Source: Paraspadella gotoi
Taxonomy: Eukaryota > Animalia > Chaetognatha
Assembly (NCBI GenBank): GCA_051294375.1
Contig: CM119269.1
Location: 14,457,918 to 14,521,917, forward strand
Direction: 5' to 3'
Length of the DNA stretch: 64,000 nt
Below are positions 10,158-22,558 of this stretch, in pieces (position 1 is the first letter of the stretch; each line of letters starts with the position of its first letter). Both the position numbers and the translations under genes were made by a program. Below the pieces are notes generated by a model. That model was not told the origin of the DNA. It worked only from the letters and a program-made list of their open reading frames with translations, and ran no database searches.

Positions 10158-13100
10158 CTGGAGTCAATCAAACATTTGAACTCATTGCATGGAAAAAGCT
10201 TGGTTGCCAGTGATGCCCAGCATCTCACAATTGGCTATACTAAAACCGTCTCGCTTTGCCGACTTAGTGGGAAGTTCTTAGGACTGTGGATACTGGATAG
10301 AACACACGTTTTGGATCGTGCGTTCTCTCGCTTAGCCAACGAAGGTGAGGCGGATTGTTTATTCCGCTGCAATAACTTACTTTTTCCTTTTCTCTTTCAA
10401 ACTTACTCATATCCTTGAGAATCGGTTCGGTTTGAGTTTTCGTCCAGTTTTTCCTCCAACTTTGTCTCCTTCTCTCTCTCCTTCTCTCTCTCCTTCTCTT
10501 CATCTCTCCTCCCGAACAACCGGTCGAATATCCCCAACTCCGACGCCGTCTCCTCCGGCTTCGGCGACGCCGCCGATATGCCCGGCCACGCGGCGTCGTC
10601 CAAAATGGCGCCGGAATCGACGCTCTCAGCGCGGAAGGCGTCGTCGACGCCTTTGGGTCGAGTCGCGTCGCCATCTTCGTCCAGAATCACCGCCTCCTTC
10701 AACTCGTCCGTCGACGGGAGACGTTGCTGTCTCGGCGACGGCGAGCGGGTCGGCGACGGCGCCGACGACGCCGGTAGCGCCGGAGCAGAGAACTCGGCGA
10801 AGACGGGCGGCGGCGTAAAGGCCGACGAGCGGCCGAAGGTCGACGTCAGCAGCGGCATCGGCGGCGGCGTCGGCGGCGGAGAGATCGATTCCGGCTTCTC
10901 CGCTCGATCCTCTTCTTCCTCTTCCTCCTTCTCCGACACCTCGTCCCGGAATCGAACCGATCCTCGTCTCGGCGTCATTCTCGGCGTCGCGATCGGCGAC
11001 CTCGCCGGAGACCTTCCGGCCAATTCGGCCGGCGACCCGCTCGCTTCTCTCTCTCCGACTTTGACGAACTCGTAGCTGGGATCACGCGACTCCGGCGAGG
11101 CCTCTCGCATCACGTGACCGATCGTCTGCGGAGAGAAGACGGAAGGCGAAGGCGCGAATTCGCTTCGATCGGAAACGAGGGCGGAATCGATCATCGGGAC
11201 GATCTTGAAGGATCGAGTCTCTTCCGACTCGGCGAATCTGGAGGAGGTGGTGGAGTGGGTGGGGGTGGGCGATAATGGTGGGGGATGGGAGATGATGGTG
11301 AGGAATGGGAGATGATAGTGAGGAATGGGAGATTTTGATTTAAATGCAATCAGATTAGAAAGACGATTGGGTCGTCAATTCATATTATATATTGATTCAA
11401 CTTTCTGGCTTGGGCTTTTAAAAAGACTGAGAATCAGTATGTTTGCTTCGTGAGTTTAAACCTCTCTTATTGACCAACTCTTGTTTTTGCCGTCACGCTA
11501 ACCGGAAAGGGGAACGATGAACAATGGACGTTGGACAATGTCAGCGCAGATTGTCCAAAGATTGCGTTAAAGATTAATTTTCCTTGTTAAATAACCGTTG
11601 GCACAAAATGGCACATATTTTTACATTACGCCTCACTCACCTTATCTTTTCTTACTTCCATCTTTCCCTGACCAGAGACGACCTTTCCTTCCTTTCTCCG
11701 ACTTTCCCCCCCCCCCCACACCTGTACTTCCTGACGGCGTCTTCGGCCTCAATGTCTCCGTCGAACATGTAGAAGAGAGTCTCGAACTTTGACTCGCCTC
11801 CCGACTGGAGAGTCTTGCCCGCGTGGTCCACACGGAAGATGCAGGTGGCGATGTGAGGATGCTTCTTCAGGATCTTGGGGATGGATGGGTTGGTGAAAAG
11901 ATTAAACGTTGGCGAGGTCAGCCGGATTTTTTTTTTGGACCCACATAACTTTTGGGTGGTTAAATCGCGAAAGGAGAAAAGTATTCGTCGTCGTCTGATA
12001 AAGAACCGCTATACACCTTACTTCGCCAAGGTTTCCCTATATCCCTTCCTCACCTCGAAATCTTCGATGTGCGAATTTGGCAGCAGCAAATCCGCTCCGT
12101 CGATCTCTTGGTGGACGAGCCCTTCGGGGCACACCCGAAGATTCAGCTTCCTCCTCGCCTCGTCTTTCCGCAACAGGACATCGGCCACTCTGTTCTGCAG
12201 CTTGTCGTCCGGCGGAGACTCGCCGGAGATCTTGCCGAGATAGGAGGCGCCGAAGGCCTCCAGCTCGTACATGGTGAGGCCGGACTCTTCCGGCCACCGC
12301 GCCGAGGTTCCGGCGGCGGAGGCCCCCGCCGCCGCATCGTCCATGGTCTCCATGACAGTTCTCCAGGCGGACGGACACTCCCGGCTAAACTTGCGGTTCT
12401 TCGGGTTGAAGCGGGGCGTCTCGGGTTGAAGGCCGAGGCTCCAGAGACCGATGTCGGGATCGTCGGGGTCCAAACGAGGGTCGGGGGTGGACCCGGTGAA
12501 AGTGTGGGACCACAAGGGGTCGAAGGAGCGACGACTCGTGGCGCGGACGAGGAGCGGATCGAGGGAGCGGTTGTCGAACCGCCTCGTCGATGACTCGGCC
12601 CTTTCGTCGATTCTTGATAATGGGGAAGACGGGTTTGATTGATTGATTGATTGATTTATTTATTTATTTATTTATTTATAACTAAGTTCACAAATAATTA
12701 ATTAACTTATCAATTTATTTTTTATTTACCTATTTTTTTATTTATTTATTGATTGCTTACTTTGACTAATTTATGACATTGCGATGTTGATTTTCCTACC
12801 TTCTGGCTTCCCTCTTCCACTGTGCAGCCGGCGAATTGGGATCAGATTCGTCTAATCCGAAAGTGCGTTCCCACAGTGGATCGAAGACTTTGGTCGTCGT
12901 CTTCCTCGTCCACAGTGGATCCAAGGATCGGTTGTTGAACTTGGCGTCGGAGGGTCGACCCTCTGCCCGCAGCGCGTCGTCGACGACGTCCTCGGCTGAA
13001 GCCGGCGACAGCAAATCGGCCGACGACGCCTCGAAGACGCGGACGAGCCTTTCCGGAGGATGGCGCGCCTCTTCGCCGGGATCGCTTTCGGCGCCGGAAT

Positions 13101-13530
13101 CGCTGCCGGCGTTGGCGACGCCGCTTTCGACGCCGCTGTCGTCGTCGTCGTCTTTGACAGGCGCTTCGATCGGGTTGTCGTCGTTGTTGTTATTTTCTAG
13201 ATCCTCGTGGGCGTCTTCTTTCTCCTTTTCTTCTCTCTTCTTTTCTTCCCTTCTCTTTTCTTCTCTTATCTTTTTTTCTCCTTTCTTTTCTTCTCTTTTC
13301 TTTCCACCGAATTTCGAGAAGAAAAATTTGATCGGCGAAGTTTTTCCCGAAGATTTTTCTACTTTGAAGGAAGATTCCTCCACAAGATCTTCTGAGGTAG
13401 AATGATGCGGCGGCGGAGGCGGAGGCGGCGGCGGCGGCGGCGGCGGAGGCGGCGGCGGTAGCGGTATCGGCTGTGTCGACGACGACAACGACGCCGACGT
13501 CGACGACACCTCATTGATTCCCGACCGCAT
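9725..13530 (-). CDS. PTB/PID-like domain adaptor protein with long disordered regions, at least 5 exons, ~910 aa
   Basis: Minus-strand exons are 13530-12800, 12612-12022, 11873-11722, 11237-10407 and 10157-9725. Junctions 1, 3 and 4 are GT-AG and phase-consistent; junction 2 is off by one base (see findings). The segment FGASYLG...RRKLNLRVCPEGL...LLLPNSHIEDFEV...HPHIATCIFRVD...KFETLFYMFDGDIEAEDAVRKY follows the PTB pattern (F-x-x-x-YLG, v.l.vs..Gl, C-terminal helix). The domain call is by eye. Confidence 0.75.
10407..11237 (-). CDS. PTB-like gene exon 4
   Basis: ctccag|A ... GA|gtaagt; contains ORF 10403-11194; rich in S, P, E and R. Confidence 0.82.
11722..11873 (-). CDS. PTB-like gene exon 3
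   Basis: Encodes ILKKHPHIATCIFRVDHAGKTLQSGGESKFETLFYMFDGDIEAEDAVRKY. The donor AG|gtgtgg matches the phase of the next exon. The 5' boundary is uncertain (11873 or 11994). Confidence 0.75.
12022..12612 (-). CDS. PTB-like gene exon 2
   Basis: Acceptor ttatcaag|A in frame with ORF 12018-12515; donor AA|gtaagg. Confidence 0.8.
12800..13530 (-). CDS. PTB-like gene exon 1
   Basis: aagATG at 13530; poly-Pro, K/E-rich and acidic tracts; donor AG|gtagga. Confidence 0.75.
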
Positions 13531-13560
13531 CTTCGTGTCTTGCGGTTGAATCGTGAAACC

Positions 13561-13595
<35 letters not shown>

Positions 13596-13824
13596 TACAA
13601 TGGCACAAACACAAGAGACGAAGACGATTAATTAATTTTCGGATGAACGGAGTTTTTGTCGTTGTTGTGTTGTCGTCGTCGTTGTCGTTTTTTTTTTTAT
13701 TGAATTTGAGTGGACAAAGATCGAGGAGTAAACGAATCGGATGAAGTGAGGAACAAACCAGAACTCGACGGTTGAACGACTCAAAACAAAAGGGAAACGG
13801 GATGGAGAGAGAGAAAGAGAGAGT

Positions 13825-13906
<82 letters not shown>

Positions 13907-14236
13907 GAGAGAGAGAGAGAGAGAGAGAGATCCTCCTTTTGTTGTTTTGTTGTTTTCTCTTTTGTTGTTTTCTTAGTCTAATTTCTTTGGGGGTTTTTTT
14001 TTGGCTTTTTTGTTTTTGGTTTTTTTTTCTTTTTTTTTGGTTCGATTATGGGAATTTTAGTTTGAAATCGAATTCCTTGTCTTTAATTTTCTGAAAATAT
14101 TTTTTTTCAAATAAATGCCTTTAAATCTAGAATCATTTAATCCCAGGTGTGTCGGTCGATCTGTCTGTTTTGATGACTGTTCCAATAAAGCCTAAATCAT
14201 ACATAAAGAGGCGTTTTAGTTGATACGTTATATATT

Positions 14237-14293
14237 ATAGCTTATTTATTAAATGAATGAATAATTTTTATATTGGTTGTACCAATTTAATAT
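14237..14293 (-). repeat. Dispersed short repeat family, truncated copy D
   Basis: atagcttatttattaaatgaatgaataatttttatattggttgtaccaattt is the reverse complement of the start of copy A. Confidence 0.8.
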
Positions 14294-14648
14294 ACTTGGT
14301 GGACTATAGGATGTAGATTTCATACTTGTGAAATCGCAATAAATATGAAATGAATATTTGCAAACGCTTCGAAAAATAAGAAAGAATATGCAAATGAGTC
14401 CCATTTCATGGCTTTTTATAAATATTTATTAAAAGGTTTGACCAATTATAGGTCTATAATCTTGATACATCAGTTTTAGACGCCATTATAATTATTTCCA
14501 TATTAAAATTAATCTGTTATCGATGATAAATTATAAAGTTACGGAGCTCTGCGAGTAAATCGTAAAGAAAGAAAAAATAAATAAAAAATGCAATATTCTG
14601 GCGGGAAAATGAAGAACATTAAAAAAGAGAGAGAGAGGAGAGAGAGGA

Positions 14649-14697
<49 letters not shown>

Positions 14698-14907
14698 AGA
14701 GAGAGAGAAGGCACATTTTTTTAATCGCTGAGAAATCCGGAGAAAGATAATTGCCGTTTTAGTGAAGGCGGCGGGGAGAAAGCGGCGGTGGCGGCTGCAG
14801 TGGCGGCAGCGGCGGCGGCGGCGGCAGCGGCGGAAAGCGGCGGCGGAAACGGCGTCGGCGGTAAAGAATTTTTAATTCAATATAAGGCTAATCGGTTGTC
14901 GTAGTAG

Positions 14908-15212
14908 GGCGTCAGCAAAGGCATCAACAGTCTCGGCTGAGACGTCGATTGTGTCGGCAAAGGCGCCGGCAAAGGCATCGACCGTATCAAAAATGGTGTC
15001 GGGAAAGGCGTTGACTGTGTTGCAAGGGCATCGACAGAGTCGGCAAAGGCGTCGGCAGAGACTTCGACGGTATAAGCAAAGGCGTCGTCAAAGACTTTGA
15101 CGGTATGGGCAAAGACGTCGGCAAAGACGTCGGCAAAGGAGTCGGCAAAGGCGTCGGCAAAGGAGTCGGCAAAGGCGTCGGCAAAGGCGTCGGCAAAGAC
15201 GTCGGTGTCGGC
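14908..15212 (+). repeat. 12-bp repeat (ggcgtcggcaaa)n, degenerate (inverted copy at ~23770-24110)
   Basis: Near-perfect units at 15108-15203 with degenerate units upstream. Confidence 0.9.
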
Positions 15213-16010
15213 GACAACCGGGGGGCGTCGGCTTGGCGCGGCAAAACGTGCCGGTCTTTGCCCGGAATATTGGATGTCGTCAAAAAATTTTGAATTAGGA
15301 ACCTAATCTGAGGAAATTTATTTGGAAGCCTTTTTCTTCTTTTTTTCCTTTTTTTCTTCTTTTTTTCCTCCAACCAGAAAATTTTCCTTATTTTGTTTGG
15401 TGGTAATATTTCTTTTACCTCGAAAGTTTTTGATTGAAAAGTTGAGATGAAGTTTTTTTTTAAACTCAGTTAAGGTAAAGTATATCATTTGAAACTTTTA
15501 AAAAGTCTAGTTTGTATATAAAGGTTGCTCGTGACTTTAAAGGAAAGGGAAGTTTTGGCTTTCTCTCTCTCTCCTTCTCTCTCTTTCACTCTTTCTCTCT
15601 TTCTCTCTTTCTCTCTTTCTCTTTCTTTTAACCCTTAAAATAGAGTAAAGATGAGTTAAAATGAGTCTTTTCTTTAATTAGTATTTTTTTCTTGAGTGTT
15701 TTTTTTTATTTCCCGCCACGACCGAGCTCCCAATCTCAGAAGTTGGCAAGGCCTCCTCCCAACTGTCAAGAACTTCGCGTTAATGAACTCTTATAAACTC
15801 TTTGCCAGAATTCTTTAACATACCATGCCATGCCATGCCATATCCCGGCAATCGCTTTTCAATCTGCATCTTCCTGCGCAGGCGATTTAATTTTTAAAGA
15901 AATTTTAGTCGCTTGAAAAAATTTTAGTTTTTCTAATTTTTTTTTATTTTGTGACTTTTTTAAAAGAGAATATCGGGAAAAGTTCCTACGGTTCTCGGCT
16001 TATATAACTG

Positions 16011-16053
<43 letters not shown>

Positions 16054-16301
16054 CTCTCTCTTTCTTCCTGTCCCCCTCTTCCTCTCTCTCTCGTCTCCTC
16101 TCCCTCCTCTCTCTCCCGTCTGTCCTTATCTCATCTCCCCTCTCTACTCTCTCTCTCTCTCTCTTCAATTCTCCCTTTCCGATGGCGCCTTTGTCTTTTT
16201 CTAGAAAGTTTTTTTTTTTTGAACCGTATATTGCCTGGTAGAGATTTTGTTCTCTCCCTCTCTCTTTCCTTTCTCTCTTCTCTCTCTCTCTCTCTCTCTC
16301 T

Positions 16302-16340
<39 letters not shown>

Positions 16341-16489
16341 CTCCTCTCTTCTCTCTCTCTCTCTCTCTGTCTCGCTCTCCCACACTCATTCCGGTTCCTA
16401 ATTCGTCTCGCCTCTCCTAAGCACGATTGTATGTGAAAGCCCCGCTCTGGAAAGGGTTCGCTTGATAGCGACGACAATAACAAAGAAAC

Positions 16490-16537
<48 letters not shown>

Positions 16538-16636
16538 TGACAACGAACAAGACGAAGGCGGACGACAACCGGAAGAAAATCTGGGAACGAGAATAAGATT
16601 ATCCCGGGATTTTGAATTTAAAAAGGGAGAGAGAGA

Positions 16637-16674
<38 letters not shown>

Positions 16675-16849
16675 ATTTCAACAAAAACTTTTCGGGGGAA
16701 ATCCTCGTCATTTCTTAGGGGAATCAAAACGATATATTCGAAATAAAAATAAAATAAAAATGAAATGGTTTATTCGATATAATTCAAAATGTGTGAATCT
16801 CTTGGAGAAGAAAATAAAGATTGGTGGAAAGAGGAAAGGAAAGAAAGAG

Positions 16850-16970
<121 letters not shown>

Positions 16971-17553
16971 AAAAGATAAAAAGAAAGAAAGAAAGAAGTA
17001 AAGAAAGAGAGAGAATAAAGGCTGGAGAGTGAAGAATTGTTCAAGGGTAGCGCGCACATTTTTTTCTTTCTCTTTGGACTTTGGAGAGCAATGATCAAAT
17101 TAGATCTTTTTATGGAGGCGAGGAAATAAACTTAATTCTTCTTTCCCCTCTCGCTCTCTCTCTCTCTCTCTCTTTCTCTCTCTGTCTCTCTCTGAGAGAG
17201 AGAGAAGAGGAAAGGAGGAGAAATAAGGGAGAAAGAAAGAGAAAAAAAAAAAGAAAGAAAGAAAAGGGATAAGAAAAAAGGAAGAAAGAAAGAAGAAAGG
17301 AAAGAAAAGAAAGAAAAGAATAAGAAAGACAAGAAAAGAAAAAAAGAGTGAGTTGTAACAACCAAACGGTGGACAGGGGAAGGAGAAAATTTTGAAAATT
17401 AGCGGTAAAAGGTGCGGAAACGACGGACCGTGTGAGAAATTTAGGACGTTGGGGCGCGGCCGAGACCGGATGGAAGTGAATGAGAGCCGAAGTGAGGAGC
17501 GAGGAAATTTCTGTAGTTTGTATGTGTGAGGAGAGAAAAGATAGAGAGATGAG

Positions 17554-17602
<49 letters not shown>

Positions 17603-17644
17603 GGAGAGGAAGGGGAGAGAGAGACGAGATGAAGAGAGGAGAGC

Positions 17645-17683
<39 letters not shown>

Positions 17684-18313
17684 TGAAGAAAAAACAAAAA
17701 CTTTTTAGTTTACAAAATTTTGAATGACCAAATTGCAAAAATCTCTCAGACAAGAGAACACTGGTAAGATCTCTAGCGCCGCTTTGAGGCGTCAGTCCGC
17801 CCCCAATAAGTGCCAAGAAAATCCAATTTCTTGTATTGATTAACAGTTGAAGTTGTTGTCGGCCGTCGCTGTAGTCGACATCGTCGCCGTCGTCGGGTCG
17901 CCTGTCCGTCCGTCGTGTCGTCGCCGTCGTCGCCGTCGTTCGTTTCGTCGCCGTCGTCGCTCGCCGCGTCGTCGTCTACCAGTTGCAAAAATTTCCGATG
18001 AAAGATCTCGTTTTGAGTTTTAGGAGAAGAGGAAAAAAGCGGATTTTCGACAAACGGCCCGGATGTAATAATGTCCAGATTCTGACCGCCCCGGATGTAA
18101 ATGTGTTGACGTAGGAAATGTGGGTTTGGACGTCGTTCGTCTCTTCTTTCCGTTTCGGTTTTTGCTCTGCGCATCGTTCTTTCCAACTCGTCGTCGTTTG
18201 GCCGTCATCGTCGTCGATCTTCGGTCGGTTGACGCAATGGCGTCACGTCTCGGCGCCGCCCACCTTTTGTCACGTTCTGGACGTCGTTTGAGAGAGAGAG
18301 AGAAGCAGAGAGA

Positions 18314-18350
<37 letters not shown>

Positions 18351-18671
18351 GAGATGAGAAAGAGAGAGAAGAGAAAGAACGAGAAAGAGAGAGAGCAGAG
18401 AGAGAGAGAGGAATGAGAGAGAGAGAGAGAGAGAGACGAGACGAGAGAGAGAAGATGAGAAATGTGCTTTTTCCAATTGGGTTGGAAAGAGAAGCAATTT
18501 TCGGAAATTGGAGTGAAGTGTTCGACAGAAAATCCGCCGAAAAAAAATTTTTTTAAAGACTTGCTTATATGAACTTCTCATTCTAAGATTAATAAAAGTA
18601 TTCATTAAAATCTTCTTAAAGTTAATTAAAAAAATGCAAGGACGGAAATTCAGCATTTAATCAACAGAAAA

Positions 18672-18705
<34 letters not shown>

Positions 18706-21008
18706 CTCAATGCAATGCAAAGGAGAGAAAAAATTTTCCCAATGACCGACCAGAGGGCCATTGTAGAAAATGAAATAAAAGAACATCGAAGCAGATGGAA
18801 TGACTGAAAAAAAAATAAAAGAAAAAATAAACAGAAAAGAGAAAGAGGCGAGAGAGAGAGGAGAGACAGAGAGGACAGAGAGAGGAGGAGAGAAGAGAGA
18901 GAGAGAGAGAAGAGAGAAGGAGAGCGAGAGAGGAGAAAGAGAAAGAGAGATTTGAAAAATTAGATAAGGATAGAGATAGAGAGAGAAGAAGAGAGAGAGA
19001 GGAGAAAAAGAGGANNNNNNNNNNNNNNNNNNNNNNNNNTTTTTTTTTCAGTCATTCCAGTCTCTTCGATGTTCTTTTATTCAATTTTCTACAATGGCCC
19101 TCTGGTGGTCATAGGAAAACTTTTTTCTCTCCTTTGCAATTGCATTGAGTTTTTTTTTTTTTATGTTTGTCTGTTTGATTAAATGCTGAATTTCGTCCCC
19201 TGCATTTTTTTAATTAAAACTTTAAGAGATTTAATGAATACTTTATTAATCTTAGAATGGAAAATTATATATCAATTCTAAAAGTCTTAAAAATTTTTTT
19301 TTCCGGATTTTCTGTCGACATTCACTCCAATTTCCGAAAATTGCTCTCTTCAACCCAATTGGAAAAAAGCACATTTCTCTCTCTCTCTCNNNNNNNNNNN
19401 NNNNNNNNNNNNNNNNNNNNNNNNNNNNNNNNNNNNNNNNNNNNNNNNNNNNNNNNNNNNNNNNNNNNNNNNNNNNNNNNNNNNNNNNNNNNNNNNNNNN
19501 NNNNNNNNNNNNNNNNNNNNNNNNNNNNNNNNNNNNNNNNNNNNNNNNNNNNNNNNNNNNNNNNNNNNNNNNNNNNNNNNNNNNNNNNNNNNNNNNNNNN
19601 NNNNNNNNNNNNNNNNNNNNNNNNNNNNNNNNNNNNNNNNNNNNNNNNNNNNNNNNNNNNNNNNNNNNNNNNNNNNNNNNNNNNNNNNNAGCACAAAATA
19701 TACAAAATCAAGTAAAATTCAGTTAATCAAATTCGGAATAGTAGCATCACAAAACGATCACGGAACACCTCGTATGAACTTTTTTAAATAAAAAAAAGTA
19801 TTTTTTATTATTCGATTCTTTGCATCGCCCATATTTATACATACGTTTACTCACACATAGAAAATGGGTCAAATTTTAAAATGTTTTTTTTTTATTTTTT
19901 AAAAGCAGATTTCGAATTCCTCACTAAAAGTACTATATAAGTAACATACCTTTTTAGAAAAAGACTTTATTAAGTGGCGTCAAAATCAATCAATAATCAA
20001 TCAATCAAATCAGAGAGAGATTAGAAGAGCGGAATCGTTTGAAAAATTCAAAATAAATTGTGATCTTTTGGTTTTCTACTTTAAACTCTTTTCCATTCCT
20101 GACGATTCCATCAAAAAATTTATATACCAGCTTTTAATCACACTACTTTCTTTGCCCACACACAAAATTTCACTTTCAATTTACTATACCAATTTTAACT
20201 AAATTATCATATATTATGATTAAATATAATAGTGGCGACCCTATATCGAGACTCTGAATCATCGAACCGGAATGCCGCCTGCGAAGTAGAGAAAGTAGGA
20301 AGATGATAGAGAGAGAAAGCAGAATGACCCGTCGGGTGTCAGTTTTCGAGTAGGTTCCGCGACCTGCAGCCGCCGGACGGACAACGAGAACAATAGACCA
20401 TCAGCCGGGAAAAACCATTGAAAGAGGCCAACATGCATCGCGGCGATATTATATATAACAACTTAAAATTAAATTAACAATAAAAACCAAAACAGAATAC
20501 CAACTAATCAATAATAACAATTATCATTTTTCCTTCTTTCTTTATTTTTTTTCATTTTTTCATATCCTTTCTTTTTGATCTTTTCTTTTTTCTTACTTTT
20601 TCTGTCATAAATATTTCATGCTTAGCTAATTAAAAATATATTAAAAATAAAGAACTTTTGTACCGGTTGACGAGAAATGAGAAACAGGAACAAGCCAGAG
20701 TGCAAGGAGCAGAGCAGAACGAGAGAGATAGAGAACAAGTAGAGAGAGAGAGAGCGGGCCATTTCTCGTCCCCCGCTCATGAATTGCGCGCGCGGGGATA
20801 TGCCGCGGCATGATATCCCCGGCGCAAAGGCCGCCGTGGTGCGTAGTTGCGGTAGAAGCTTACTAGCTTAGCTTCCCTGACAACTGCGCGAAGTCTTGAC
20901 AGCTTTAAACACTGCCAATTAATTGGCCGCGTCAATATCTCCTCTCTTCTCTTCCTCATCTCTCTCTCTCTCTCTTCTCTCTTCTCTCTCTCTCTCATTC
21001 TCTCTCAA

Positions 21009-21052
<44 letters not shown>

Positions 21053-21368
21053 CGACGTCCAGAACGTGACAAAAGGTGGGCGGCGCCGAGACGTGACGCC
21101 ATTGCGTCAACCGACGAAGACGACGACGATGACGCCAACGACGACGAGTTGGAAGACGATGCCAGAGAAAAAACCGAAACGGAAACGAAGACGACGACGA
21201 CGTCCAAACACACATTTCCTACGTCAACACATTACATCCGGGCGTCAGAATCTAACTAATTACATCCGGGCGTTGTCGAAATCGCTTTTTTCCTCTTCTT
21301 CTAAAACTCAAACGAGATCTTCATCGGAAATTTTGCAACTGGTCGACGACGACGGCGGCGACGACGAC

Positions 21369-21402
<34 letters not shown>

Positions 21403-21603
21403 ACGACGACAGCGACGACGACGGCGACGATGTCGACTACAGCGACGGCGACAACAAACTTCAACTGTAATCAATACAAGAATTGGATTTTCTTGCACTT
21501 ATTGGGGGACTGACGCCTCAAAGGCGGCGCTAGAGATCTTACCGTGTTCTCTTGTCTGAGAGATTTTTGCAATTGGTCATTCAAATTTTGTAAACTAAAA
21601 TTT

Positions 21604-21652
<49 letters not shown>

Positions 21653-21880
21653 CCTCACACATACAAACACAGAATTTCTCGCTCTCACTTCGACTCTCAT
21701 TCACTTCCATCCGGTCTCGGCCGCGCCCAACTGTCCTAAATTTCTCACACGTCGTTTCCACCTTTTACCCTAAATTTTCNNNNNNNNNNNNNNNNNNNNN
21801 NNNNAATTTCCTCCTTTCCCCTTCCACGTTTGGTGTTACAAACACTTTTCTTCTTTCTTTCTTCTTTATCTTTCTTTTCT

Positions 21881-21931
<51 letters not shown>

Positions 21932-22521
21932 CTTCTTCTTTCTTCTTATTTCTCTCCCTTTCTCTCTCTCTCTTTCTTCTCTTTCGCTCTTCTCTCTGCT
22001 TATCTTTCTTTCTTTACATCAATCTTGTGTTTCTCTCCAAGAGATTCACACATCTTTGAATTATATCGAATAAACATTTCATTTTTATTTTATTTTTATT
22101 TGCGAATATATCGTTTTGAATTCCCCTGAGAAATGACGAAGGATTTCCGCTGCCCGAAAAAGTTTTTGTGTGGAAATTCTCTCTCTCTCTCTCTCTCTCC
22201 TCATCGTCATCTCCCTGTCGTCTCTCTCTCTTCTCTCCCGCTTTTTAAGATTCAAAATCACGGATAAATCTGTATTCTCGGTTCCCAGATTTTTCTTTCG
22301 GTTTGTTCGTCCGCCTTGGCGTTCTTGGTTCGGTATGTCAATCGCGGTCGTCTCGTCGTCGTGCGTTCCGTCGTCGGGTGCGGTCGTCGTCGTCGGTCGG
22401 TTTCTTTTTATTGTCGTCGCTATCCAAGCGAACTTTTCCTAGAGCGGGGCTTTTCACATACAAGTCGTCGCTTAAGGGAGAGGCCGAGAACGAATTAGGA
22501 GACGGAATGAGGTGTGGGAGC

Positions 22522-22558
<37 letters not shown>

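Noticed and set aside
12009-12020. Stop-codon reassignment (in-frame TAA and TAG read through)
   Set aside because: The stops fall within a consensus donor region (gtaagg), and no internal TAA/TAG occur in any reconstructed exon.
17773-18240. Small acidic protein (…EILQLVDDDG…DYSDGDNNFNCNQYKKLDFLGTYWGR), mirror copy at 21066-21530
   Set aside because: It may be coding, but the two copies disagree in frame and there is no recognisable domain, so it is not supportable as a feature.
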